Positions 1-11,998 of a stretch of 64,000 bases of DNA are shown here, one piece after another (within the stretch, counting starts at the first letter, position 1; each line of letters begins with the position of its first letter). A model generated the notes under the pieces. That model made no database searches and was not told where the DNA came from. It was given only the letters and a program-made list of their open reading frames with translations. A program made the position numbers and the translations under genes. The DNA comes from Eledone cirrhosa (lineage: Eukaryota), in contig OZ024743.1 of assembly GCA_964016885.1 (NCBI GenBank), positions 109,554,001 through 109,618,000 of the forward strand, written 5' to 3'.

Positions 1-2340
1 TAAACATAATGACCAGGCAGTGTGGATTGAGACAGTACAGAAGGAGATTAGTGAACAGGCACAACAACAAACTGATTTGAGTATCACAGTTGAAACTCTT
101 ACGGGGCAGGCCAAAAGACTAACCAACTGGAAATCACCAGGCCCAGATGGTGTGCAGGGGTATTGGATTAAAAATATAACATCCCTCCACCCGAAACTGA
201 CAACCATGTTCAATGACTGCTTGATGTCAGGTGAGGTACCAGAGTGGTTGACAAAAGTTACCACAGTTGTGATAATGAAAGACCGAATCAAGGGTAATGA
301 TGTTATCAACTATAGACCTATCACATGTCTGTCCGTAATGTGGAATCTGTTGACAAGCATTATGTCTGAGGAAATCAAACAATCACCTCCACACAAACAA
401 CTTGTTACCGGACGAACAGAAAGGATGCCGAAAGAAGTCACGTGGTAGAAAGGACCAGTTACTTATTGATAAGATGGTAATGAGGAATTGCAAGAGGAGA
501 CACACTGGTCTTGCCATGGGATGGATAGACTACAAAAAGGCATTTGACATGGTGCTTCATTCTTGGATCACCAAAAGCCTGGAGATCTTCAAGGTGGCAG
601 ATAACATCAGACAGTTGTTGGGAAAAAGTATGAAGTCCTGGGAAACAGATTTAACATCAGCTGGAGAATCCTTGGGAAACGTGAAGATCAAGAGAGGTAT
701 CTTCCAGGAAGATAGTCTGTCCCCTCTGTTGTTTGCCCAGATGCCCCTGACCAGTGTACTGCGAAATGTGAGAGCAGGATACAGGTTGGGAAAGGGAGGG
801 CTTACCATCAATCACCTCCTCTTCATGGACGATCTTAAGCTCTTCGGGAAGAGTGAGAAGGAGTTGGATGTGCATGTTGACACTGTCCGTATTTTCAGCA
901 ATGATATATGTATGCAATTTGGTATTAGTAACTGTGGAGTCCTTGTGATGAAGAGGGGTAAATTGAGCAGAAGTAACGGAAACCTGGTACCAACAGGTGA
1001 GATGATAATAGAAATTGACTCTGAAGAAGGATACAAGTATTTGGGTGCTCTGGATGCTGATGACATCGAGAACAAAAAAATGAAGGAATTGATAAGAACT
1101 GAATACATTCGGAGAGTAAGGAGCGTATTGAAGTCACATCTGAACAGCAGAAATGCCATAAGCGCAGTAAATTCCCTAGCTGTGTCTATTATTAGGTACA
1201 GTGCGGGAATTCTGAGATGGAATGTTGCTGAACAAAAAGAAATGGATAGGAAGACTAGGAAGCTATTGACTATCTACAACATGTTCCACAAGTGGAGTGA
1301 TGTCGATAGACTCTACCTAAGGAGATCTGAGGGTGGATGACGTCTTATCAGCATAGAGGACTGTGTTCAGATGGAGAAAAACAACCTATACAAATACGTG
1401 ACCTATAGTAAGGAGCCAATGCTCAGAGCTGTACTGAAGGAGGGGACAGTAGGCCAGGGGATATCCAAGGAGGAAATAACATCAATGAGGAAGAGCAGCC
1501 TTAAGGGAAAATCCCTTCATAGTACCTTCTTTGAGAAAACTGAATTTAGAGATCCACAGACATGGAACTGGTTGAGAAGAGGAGACCTCAAAAAGGCTAC
1601 AGAAGGAATGCTAATGGCTGCGCAGGAGCAGGCCCTCAAAACGAAGTGGTTGAAGCACCATATCTACAAGGAGGAGGCTAGCCCACTGTGCAGGATCTGT
1701 GGAGAGAGAGAGGAGACTGTGGCTCACATTGTGTCCGAGTGTAAACACCTAGCCCAGACCCACTATAAGGGCTGGAGACACGATGTGATGGGCAGGGTGA
1801 TCCACTGGCACCTGTGCAAAGTAAACAATCTACCACATTCTGAGAAATGGTATGAGCATAGGCCAGAGGCGGTGATAGAGAACAGTCAGGTGAAGGTGCT
1901 GTGGGATTTTAGGATACAGACGGACAAAAAACTGGAACACAATAGACCTGACCTGGTGGTTGTGGACAAAGAAAAAAGATCGTGCCTGATTGTGGATGTG
2001 GCCTGCCCGTTCGACACGAGAGTGCAAGAGAAGGAGAGGGAGAAAATTAACCGATACCAGGACCTAAAGTGGGAGGTGAAAATGATTTGGAACTGCCATG
2101 AAGTCAAAGTGATCCCGATTGTCATAGGCGCACTGGGGACTATCTCCAAAGGTTTCCAGGGATGGTTAAAGAAAATCGGCCCCTTCACGCTTTTTGGAAC
2201 GCTTCAAAAGGCATGCTTGCTTGGAACGGCAAGAACCCTCCGATACGTCCTGAATATCTGAGGCTGCAGGTAGTGGCTTGATATTCAATCCAACGGACTT
2301 TCCAGTTAACCAACATCAATGACTGAGATTCAAGGAATAA
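1..2340 (+). mobile_element. R4/Dong-clade non-LTR retrotransposon (RT + CCHC + restriction-like endonuclease), copy 1, cut by window start, disrupted
   Basis: ORF pieces 20-448, 402-1340 and 1371-2261 give RT motifs ([34 protein letters not shown]), CCHC ([18 protein letters not shown]) and RLE (RHD...RPDLVV...IVDVACP...EK). There is a frameshift near 375-400 and a TGA at 1338. A short 3'UTR is followed by (TAA)n. Confidence 0.9.
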
Positions 2341-2347
2341 CAATAAC

Positions 2348-2410
<63 letters not shown>
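2337..2410. repeat. (TAA)n tail/target of Dong-like element
   Basis: AATAACAATAAC then pure (AAT)n directly after the 3'UTR. Confidence 0.95.
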
Positions 2411-2411
<1 letters not shown>

Positions 2412-2779
2412 TGGCCTGCCCGTTCGACACGAGAGTGCAAGAGAAGGAGAGGGAGAAAATTAACCGATACCAGGACCTAAAGTGGGAGGTGAAAAGGATT
2501 TGGAACTGCCATGAAGTCAAAGTGATCCCGATTGTCATAGGCGCACTGGGGACTATCTCCAAAGGTTTCCAGGGATGGTTAAAGAAAATCGGCCCCTTCA
2601 CGCTTTTTGGAACGCTTCAAAAGGCATGCTTGCTTGGAACGGCAAGAACCCTCCGATACGTCCTGAATATCTGAGGCTGCAGGTAGTGGCTTGATATTCA
2701 ATCCAACGGACTTTCCAGTTAACCAACATCAATGACTGAGATTCAAGGAATAACAACAATAATAATAATAATAATAATA
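2411..2779 (+). mobile_element. Dong-like copy 2, heavily 5'-truncated, with (TAA)n tail
   Basis: Near-identical to 1998-2340; starts immediately after the previous (TAA)n. Confidence 0.93.
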
Positions 2780-3368
2780 TCTGAGAAATGGTATGAGCAA
2801 AGTAAACAATCTACCACATTCTGAGAAATGGTATGAGCAAAGTAAACAATCTACCACATTCTGAGAAATGGTATGAGCATAGGCCAGAGGCGGTGATGGA
2901 GAACAATCAGGTGAAGGTGCTGTGGGATTTTAGGATACAGACGGACAAAAAACTGGAACACAATAGACCTGACCTGGTGGTTGTGGACAAAGAAAAAAGA
3001 TCGTGCCTGATTGTGGATGTGGCCTGCCCGTTCGACACGAGAGTGCAAGAGAAGGAGAGGGAGAAAATTAACCGATACCAGGACCTAAAGTGGGAGGTGA
3101 AAAGGATTTGGAACTGCCATGAAGTCAAAGTGATCCCGATTGTCATAGGCGCACTGGGGACTATCTCCAAAAGTTTCCAGGGATGGTTAAAGAAAATCGG
3201 CCCCTTCACGCTTTTTGGAACGCTTCAAAAGGCATGCTTGCTTGGAACAGCAAGAACCCTCCGATACGTCCTGAATATCTGAGGCTGCATGTAGTGGCTT
3301 GATATTCAATCCAACGGACTTTCCAGTTAACCAACATCAATGACTGAGATTCAAGGAATAACAATAAC

Positions 3369-3427
<59 letters not shown>
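2780..3427 (+). mobile_element. Dong-like copy 3, 5'-truncated, with 40-bp tandem duplication at its 5' junction and (TAA)n tail
   Basis: Near-identical to 1817-2340; ORF 2833-3282 is the RLE domain. Confidence 0.93.
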
Positions 3428-4440
3428 GGGAAGAAGACGCACGAGGTGACGGAGGTCATGAAATCGCTCCCGTAAGTTTTGAATTTTTAACATATTTAAA
3501 TCATTTGTGAAATAACAACTCTTAGTACAAATGTTACGTAAAGCACCCGGCTTGAGCCCCAAAAAATTCGGACCCAAAATATATTGTTATAAGGCTCAAA
3601 TATTCAAATATTCAACTTTGTATTGTACACTGTATATCCCCCCCAAAAAATGGCTATAAATGGAAGAAGAAGAACCCCCCCCCTCCTCTCCTCTGGCTAC
3701 ACTATATAGGACAGCTAAACTCACCAACACCAGAAACTAGATACACCACCCACCCCATCATCTGTGTACACTAAACACAACAGCATTTTCACCTTCACCG
3801 TCACCGCTCACTACGGCCATCATTACCACCACTATCCCATCACCGCCGCCACCACCCCTTGACTCCTTCACTGCTGCTGCCACCGCTACAGCACCATCAC
3901 TACAGTAATACGGTCGCATCACCGCCACCACTGCCTCGGTATCGACATCACCACCACCACTGTCTCAGTATCGCCAACGCCGCCCTCTCCCACTTCTCCC
4001 TGCTGGCTGCTACTACTCCCACATTATAGAATCCCTACTACTAACAAAGAGGAAGGCATCAAAATATATAGATAGACTCAAAAGAAAAAAAGAAAAAACA
4101 AACAACAAAACCAAAGCAGCACAGCAACAACAGCAAAAAACGAGAAAAACAAACAGAGAAAAACAAAAACGAAAACAAAAAAAGAAACCCCAAAAACGTA
4201 AAGAAAATAAGAATGAAGAGAGAAGCAGGCGGACGGACAGAGAAGAGGGGGGAAAAAGTAAAACTTAAAAAACAAAAACTAAGTCAGACATTCGAATACT
4301 ACATTACAATGAAACTTATGCTTATTCATTTTTGGGGCCCTTTCTGCCCGTGTGTTTGTTTGTTTATGTGTGTTCGTATACAGCGTGGTGATAATGCCAC
4401 ACAAGGGCCAAGTGGGATGGCGGATCCACAGATGGCTATG

Positions 4441-7400
4441 TAAACATACATTCGCCAATCCTCGATAAGAGTGTTTAAATATCGAACATAAACAGTTCGA
4501 ATAACGGTGAAATGGAGACTAGAACGTCATGTGACAGACTCTCACCCAACAGGTGCCCCCTGGCTCAGCAGCAGGAACCTGACTGTCAACCAAATACTGC
4601 TGATGTTGGAGGAAGAAGAAGAAGGAAAGGGGCCAGAACCAACTGGACGAAAGAATTGAATAGAACTGTTATGCAATGCTACCTGAAAAGTAACCCCAAG
4701 GAGAGGGGCTACAGGAGACGGATGCATAACATCTGGAACGAGATTGGTTTATTTAAATTAGATGAACAAAAATTGGCCGGGCAGGCTCGGGTAATAAGAA
4801 CTAATGGGTGGATAAGCGAGCTGGAACTGGAGGAACTGAGCAGAGAGAATGGCTTGGAGATGGCGGGTGTAGTATGCCAGACAGGCGAGCCGGTGGGAAA
4901 TGAAGGTGAGGAGGTCCTGAGAACGGAGGAACCACCCGAAGCAGACAATGATCTGAATACTGAGATAAATAATACCTGGAACAGAGATACGGCCACTGAG
5001 GAGATGAATGCTGACGGGCTAGGACAAGATTCGGTTGACATCCTAAATCTAGTGGTAGATGAATTGAACAATGATAGTGGGAGACCTATGAACCTAAGAT
5101 TTGTAGACAGGAAAAAGTTAAAAGAAACAACAGCTAAGGTAAACAAAGTCATCCCATACCTTGAGGCGAGGAGTCTCCACCAGTGCAACAATATCCTCAA
5201 AGCAACAGCAAATACGGTGAGGAAACTACTTGGTATAAAAGCGAGAGGAAACAACAGACAAGAAAGAGCAGAGCCGTGGTGGAAGAAGCGACTGAGTGGG
5301 CAAATCGGGGAAATGAGAAATGACATAGGAAAGCTTGAGTCACTACTGAATGGGACACTAAAAAACATAGGCACTAAAAATAGACTGGAAATAAAATACA
5401 AAACTAGGAGTAAAAAGCTAAATATTATCATAGAGGAATTGAAGCAACGCATTGTAGCAAAGAGTGCCAAAATCAGGCGATACGAGAACAGAGTCAGTCA
5501 GTATAAACAGAACCGCATGTTCGACAACAACCAGAAGATGCTGTTTGGACAGTTTGAGGGGAAAGAAAGAGGCAACGACTTGATCCCTGGGGCGGAACAG
5601 GCTAAAACATTCTGGAGAGGAATATGGGAGCAGGATGTTAGACACAATGCCCAGGCAGGGTGGATTGAGACAGTACAGAGGGAGATCGGTGAGAAGGCAC
5701 AACAACAGACTGATTTGAGTATCACAGTTGAAACTCTTAAGGGGCAAGCCAAAAAACTAACCAACTGGAAATCACCAGGCCCAGATGGTGTGCAAGGGTA
5801 TTGGATTAAACATTTAACATCCCTCCACCCGAAGCTGACGGCCATGTTCAATGACTGCTTGGTGTCGGGTGAGGTGCCAGAGTGGTTGACAAAAGGTACC
5901 ACAGTTCTGATAATGAAAGACCGAATCAAGGGTAATGATGTTACCAACTATAGACCTATCATATGTCTGCCCGTAATGTGGAAACTGTTGACGAGCATTG
6001 TGTCTGAGGAAATCTACCATCACCTCCACACAAACAACTTGTTACCGGACGAACAGAAATGATGCCGAAAGAAGTCACGTGGTACAAAGGACCAGTTGCT
6101 TATTGATAAGATGGTAGTGGGGAATTGCAGGAGGAGACACACTGATCTTGCCATGGGATGGATAGACTACAGAAAGGCACTTGACATGGTGCCTCATTCC
6201 TGGATCACCAAAATCCTGGATGTCTTCAGGGTGGCAGATAACATCAGACAGTTGCTGGGCAGGAGTATGGGGTCCTCGGAGACAGAGTTGACATCAACTG
6301 GAGTATCCTTGGGAAGCGTGAAGATCAAGAGAGGTATCTTCCAGGGAGATAGCCTGTCCCCTCTGTTGTTTGTCCTTGCCCTGATGCCCTTGACCATTAT
6401 GCTGCGAAAAGTGAGAGCAGGATACAAGTTGGGAAGGGGAGAGCTTACCATCAATGACCTCCTCTTCATGGACGATCTTAAGCTCTTCGGGAAAAGTGAG
6501 AAGGAGTTGGATGTGCTTGTTGACACTGTCCGTATTTTCAGCAGTGATATATGTATGCATTTTGGTATTGGTAAATGTGGAGTCATTGTGATGAAGAGGG
6601 CTAGGTTGAGCAGAAGTAACGGGATCCAGATACCAACAGGTGAGATGATAAAGGAAATTGACTCTGAGGAAGGATACAAGTATTTGGGCGTTCTGGAGGC
6701 TGATGGCATAAAGAACAAAAAAATGAAGGAATTGTTAAGAACTGAATACATTCGAAGAGTAAGGAGCGTATTGAAGTCACATCTGAACAGCAGAAATGCC
6801 ATAAGCGCAGTAAATTCCCGAGCTGTGTCTATTATTAGGTACAGTGCGGGAATTCTGAGATGGAATGTTGCTGAACAAAAAGAAATGGATAGGAAGACTA
6901 GGAAGCTATTGACTATCTACAACATGTTCCACAAGAGGAGTGATGTCGATAGACTCTACCTAAGGAGATCTGAGGGTGAAAGAGGTCTTATCAGCATAGA
7001 GGACTGTGTTCAGATGGAGAAAAACAACCTATACAAATACGTGACCTATAGTAAGGAGCCAATGCTCAGAGCTGTACTGAAGGAGGGGACAGTAGGCCAG
7101 GGGATGTCCAAGGAGGAAATAACATCAAGGAGGAAGAGCAGCCTTAAGGGAAAATCCCTTCATAGTACCTTCTTTGAGAAAACTGAATTTAGAGATCCAC
7201 AGACATGGAACTGGTTGAGAAGAGGAGACCTCAAAAAGGCTACAGAAGGAATGCTAATGGCTGCGCAGCAGCAGGCCCTCAAAACGAAGTGGTTGAAGCA
7301 CCATATCTACAAGGAGGAGGCTAGCCCACTGTGCAGGATATGTGGAGAGAGAGAGGAGACTGTGGCTCACATTGTGTCCGAGTGTAAACGCCTAGCCCAG

Positions 7401-7990
7401 ACCCACTATAAGGGCTGGAGACACGATGTGATGGGCAGGGTAATCCACTGGCACCTGTGCAAATTAAACAATCTACCACATTCTGAGAAATGGTATGAGC
7501 ATAGGCCAGAGGCGGTGATGGGGAACAGTCAGGTGAAGGTGCTGTGGGATTTTAGGATACAGACGGACAAAAAACTGGAACACAATAGACCTGACCTGGT
7601 GGTTGTGGACAAAGAAAAAAGATCGTGCCTGATTGTGGATGTGGCCTGCCCGTTCGACACGAGAGTGCAAGAGAAGGAGAGGGAGAAAATTAACCGATAC
7701 CAGGACCTAAAGTGGGAGGTGAAAAGGATTTGGAACTGCCATGAAGTCAAAGTGATCCCGATTGTCATAGGCGCACTGGGGACTATCTCCAAAGGTTTCC
7801 AGGGATGGTTAAAGAAAATCGGCCCCTTCACGCTTTTTGGAACGCTTCAAAAGGCATGCTTGCTTGGAACGGCAAGAACCCTCCGATACGTCCTGAATAT
7901 CTGAGGCTGCAGGTAGTGGCTTGATATTCAATCCAACGGACTTTCCAGTTAACCAACATCAATGACTGAGATTCAAGGAATAACAATAAC

Positions 7991-8040
<50 letters not shown>
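4441..8040 (+). mobile_element. Dong-like copy 4, apparently full length, (TAA)n tail followed by (GAA)n
   Basis: Single long reading frame with R4/Dong-like N-terminus, RT, CCHC and RLE; 3'UTR identical to copies 1-3; 5' boundary approximate. Confidence 0.88.
4512..7904 (+). pseudogene. RT-RLE polyprotein (~1130 codons) with one in-frame TGA at 6060-6062
   Basis: ORFs 4512-6062 and 6096-7904 are in the same frame. Copy 1 has GGA (Gly) at the equivalent codon (QKGCRK). Confidence 0.9.
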
Positions 8041-8068
<28 letters not shown>

Positions 8069-9157
8069 AAGAAGAAGAAGAAGAAGAAGACGACGAAATG
8101 GGGGCTATTCCGTTTTTATTTGTCAAACACTCCTCAATTATTTGTGGAAAAAAGAAGATTGTGGATAATATTTAGCCTCCATAGAATGGACAGGAAAAAT
8201 TCCCAAAACAATATCAATAGCAACAGCAACAACAACAATAAAAGTAGTAACCCTAACAGTAACAAAAACAACAACAAACAATACTTAATATAACATGCAG
8301 CAGCTGCGAATGTAAATGATTTTCCATATCCGCCAATGTCTACCACTCTAAACGACGCCGCCCTCAACGCAACTACAGTAAGCACAGTTACAATAGATAA
8401 CCACAACTTAAACAACAATAAAATAGCAATAACAACAATAACGATGACATGAACCAAAAAAACATGATCAACAACTAGAATAAATACAATAAGAATAACA
8501 AAAAATGCATCTGCTGCAAACACTTCCTAAAAATATTGCCGGAAAAGAGACATGTTTGACCCAAGCAGACAAACTTTTTCAAAAAATGCAAAAATATCAG
8601 TCCCTTATCAGATTATTCATAAAGACGAAACGGTCGGAGCCAACACACCAAGCAGAAGTTGAGAGAGCACAGAATGTAATAATGCCAATGGTCAAAACAT
8701 GCCATTTGTTGGCATTTCAGTTTTCTGTAGAAGTGGGGAGTGTCTGCTCCACATCAAACTAGATGATTCACAGGAACCGATACCTCATTTGCCTTTCATG
8801 ACGACCCCAAGCCACGTGAATTTACGCAGAGTATTCTGAGTAAGGCCATGTTGAAAAACGAGTAGGAAACTGTGAGAAAGACAACACACCTCAGTCTTGT
8901 GGGAAAAGGACGTTTCCTTCATCCGTTTGGCTGGTTGTGGCCTTCTCCACAATGATGTCTTTGTATATCCTTCTGGAAAGGGTTTGACAGAAATCTCGAT
9001 TTTTTGCTTGTAACGTATTTTTTTTTTGTGTGTGGGGGGGGGGGACAAGCAGTAACACATACATGTACTGTCCTTACCGTACTGTTCTTCCCTTAATGCA
9101 TTTTTTGCAAAGACTCTTTGTGGTTAATAAAGCAAACATTATTACCTTTATTATTAG

Positions 9158-9344
9158 GGCGGTGGATTGGCAGTATCGGTAGAGGGTCGGACGCCATGCT
9201 TTCCAGCATAGTTACGTCCATTTACGATCTGAGTTCAAATCCCGCCGAGGTTGACTTTACTTTTCACCCTTACGGGGTCGATAAAATAAAGTACCAGTAA
9301 TGCACTGGGTAATTGCTGGCCTTGTGCCTAAAGTAGAACCAATT
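9158..9344 (+). mobile_element. tRNA-derived SINE with Meta-type central domain
   Basis: A box TGGCAGTATCGG, B box GTTCAAATCC, core CTTTTCACCCTTACGGGGTCGATAAAATAAAGTACCAG; probable ~19-bp TSD attat(t/g)acctttattatta. Confidence 0.85.
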
Positions 9345-9836
9345 ATGACCTTTATTATTAATATTTTTATTATTGATAATAATAATATTAGCATTACACA
9401 AATATGATTCCGAAACACATTTCAAAATTTTGTCAGCAACATTGTAGAGAGAAGCGTAGTATATTCTAAAACGGCCATCCGTATTCTAAATGCATTCCCT
9501 ACTGTGCCCATACATCAATACGCAAGCAACGCGACATGTTGGAAAATTAGGAATTACAAACGCAAAGAGACTTAATTAAATACCTGAAGGCATTTTTTCA
9601 AGAATCACCATAGTTTGAGTTTGTACACATATACATCTTTTCGAAGACTTCGTTGAAACAATATATGTACGTGACTTCTAATTAAATGAATTAACATACC
9701 CAGGGAAATTACACATTCGACGTTATAAAGTAGTCTCTACAGCAAATGATCAAATATATTAGTATAGACAGGTGTAGAAATTATTACCGTGTTGTATATC
9801 TATATATGTATCTATAGATCAGTTAGGGTGGGGTAT

Positions 9837-9932
<96 letters not shown>

Positions 9933-9967
9933 TTATATACAAAAGCGCATTAAAAAAATGTATGTAC

Positions 9968-10016
<49 letters not shown>

Positions 10017-10019
<3 letters not shown>

Positions 10020-10150
10020 ATAATAATAAATTTGAAGACTAAAATCCAAAGAGGGCATCCACTTCTGCGTTTAAAGATTGACTTTGTTAGTTTCAGAAGA
10101 TCCCGATAAGGGTGAAAGCAGCGATTCTTTGCTTAAACGTTAATCTGTTA

Positions 10151-10158
<8 letters not shown>
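10017..10158. mobile_element. Mini PLE insertion (family B): 3' tail fragment joined to inverted HHR-bearing pLTR fragment, in (TA)n
   Basis: 10017-10056 matches 24748-24788; 10057-10158 matches the reverse complement of ~24838-24940. Confidence 0.8.
10089..10138 (+). ncRNA. Type-I hammerhead-like motif, family B, core CAGAAGA
   Basis: GTTT-CAGAAGA-TCCC gataa GGGT-GAAAGCA...TGCTT|AAAC. Confidence 0.6.
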
Positions 10159-10238
<80 letters not shown>

Positions 10239-10299
10239 TATTAAAATAACAGATTAACGTTTAAGTGTGTGTGTGTGTGTATGTGTGTATGTGTATGTA

Positions 10300-10517
10300 A
10301 AATGTAAACAGAAATAACAACCCAATCGGTACAGTATAGGGAAGGTATATATTAGTTTAAGGCTTGATATAGCAGGAAGACCGTCTTAACGTTTCGGACG
10401 CTAGTCCTTCATCAGAAGAAAGAATGAGAAATAAAATAGACTAAGAGGATGGGCGGGTTGGAATTGGAAAAAATGTCTTTAGATAAAAATAATAGGTTCA
10501 TTCATGTTGACATCTCT

Positions 10518-10520
<3 letters not shown>
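10300..10520 (-). mobile_element. Solo PLE pseudo-LTR fragment, family A
   Basis: Homologous to 24486-24690 (+) and 32861-33052 (-); bounded by dinucleotide microsatellites; contains an HHR. Confidence 0.75.
10384..10419 (-). ncRNA. Minimal type-I hammerhead ribozyme (family A)
   Basis: Minus strand: TCTT-CTGATGA-A-GGAC tagc GTCC-GAAACGTT|AAGA; stem I UCUU/AAGA; palindromic ACGU stem III. Confidence 0.82.
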
Positions 10521-10585
<65 letters not shown>

Positions 10586-10731
10586 GTATAATAAACAATA
10601 CAATTCGGGAATCCTCTGGTAATGAGGTAATTATATTGTATTGTTTATTATACATTAAATTTAGCTCTGGTACTTACATAGAGAACTCTTCACTCCTTTG
10701 ACTTTTTCAATTTTCAATGGAAACATCAATA

Positions 10732-10814
<83 letters not shown>

Positions 10815-11006
10815 GTATGTATATAGAAGTAGTAACACAACAATTAGTTCACCATACCGAGAATAGTTGTTTCACCTTATGCGGATCATGTGTATGTAGG
10901 TATATGTGTGTCTGTGTTTCCGTGTGAATATTCAATTGTAGACAACTGACCATCTTTGCAGACCTCACCAATGAATACCCATTGTTTGCTTGGAATGTAC
11001 ACAGAT

Positions 11007-11135
<129 letters not shown>

Positions 11136-11559
11136 TACATCATATATATATATATAGTACTATGGAAATCTATATCAGTAGATTCTTAGTCGAATCTTTT
11201 CAATGCAATCAATCTACTAGGAAAGAAGCACGTTAAAGTATTCCACCTCCGTTGTATGAATCTAAGTACTAGATTCCTATAGACCGCTATTTCATAAAGT
11301 ATTTTAATTTTAGGTAATACGAAGAGATAGAGCTTAATTTCCATAAATCAGTATTTTGAATACCATATGGTATGCATATTTCAAAGTCGTTAGACAAAGA
11401 ATATGTATGTTTAACACTTCAACTTCAGAGTTACGTAATATTTGTTTACCGCCCCTTGTAACGTATTTAATAAACTAAACTGTGGAAATGTAGAACCGTC
11501 TCTTTGTATTTACTTATATATCTAAATCTATCTATCTATCTATTATCTATCTATCTATA

Positions 11560-11593
<34 letters not shown>

Positions 11594-11998
11594 AATCTAG
11601 CTGTCGTCTGTTCTACAGTGTGGATGTCATTCACTTCGCACAGAAGTTTTGTTCAAATTTATTGAGGAAATTTTGTGAGTTCAAACTTAATTTTGATACA
11701 ATTGTGTAGCTTGACCCTCCGTCTGAACTGTCAGGCGGTGGGTCAGCTCATCTTTACCCCTCCTAGATGTGAAAAACCTGTTTTAAAAAATTTTGTGTAA
11801 AAAATTTCAATCGTCTAACAGAAATGTTAAACGCAGCGAACGAAAATAGTGGTGGGGGACAGCGGTAAGAGTTGTAAGCTCGCACGCTTTAGTCCCCCCT
11901 TCCTTCCCAACTAACGTCATAGAGAAGGAAGGAAAAATTAAAATAAAAACAGACGAATCTACGGAGAAAAAAAAAATGACGAAAACACAAATCTGGAC

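Noticed and set aside
6060-6062. TGA readthrough in the Dong ORF
   Set aside because: Copy 1 has GGA (Gly) at this codon, so it is a simple nonsense mutation
9158-9250. tRNA genes at A/B-box motifs
   Set aside because: No cloverleaf; the boxes are heads of multicopy SINEs
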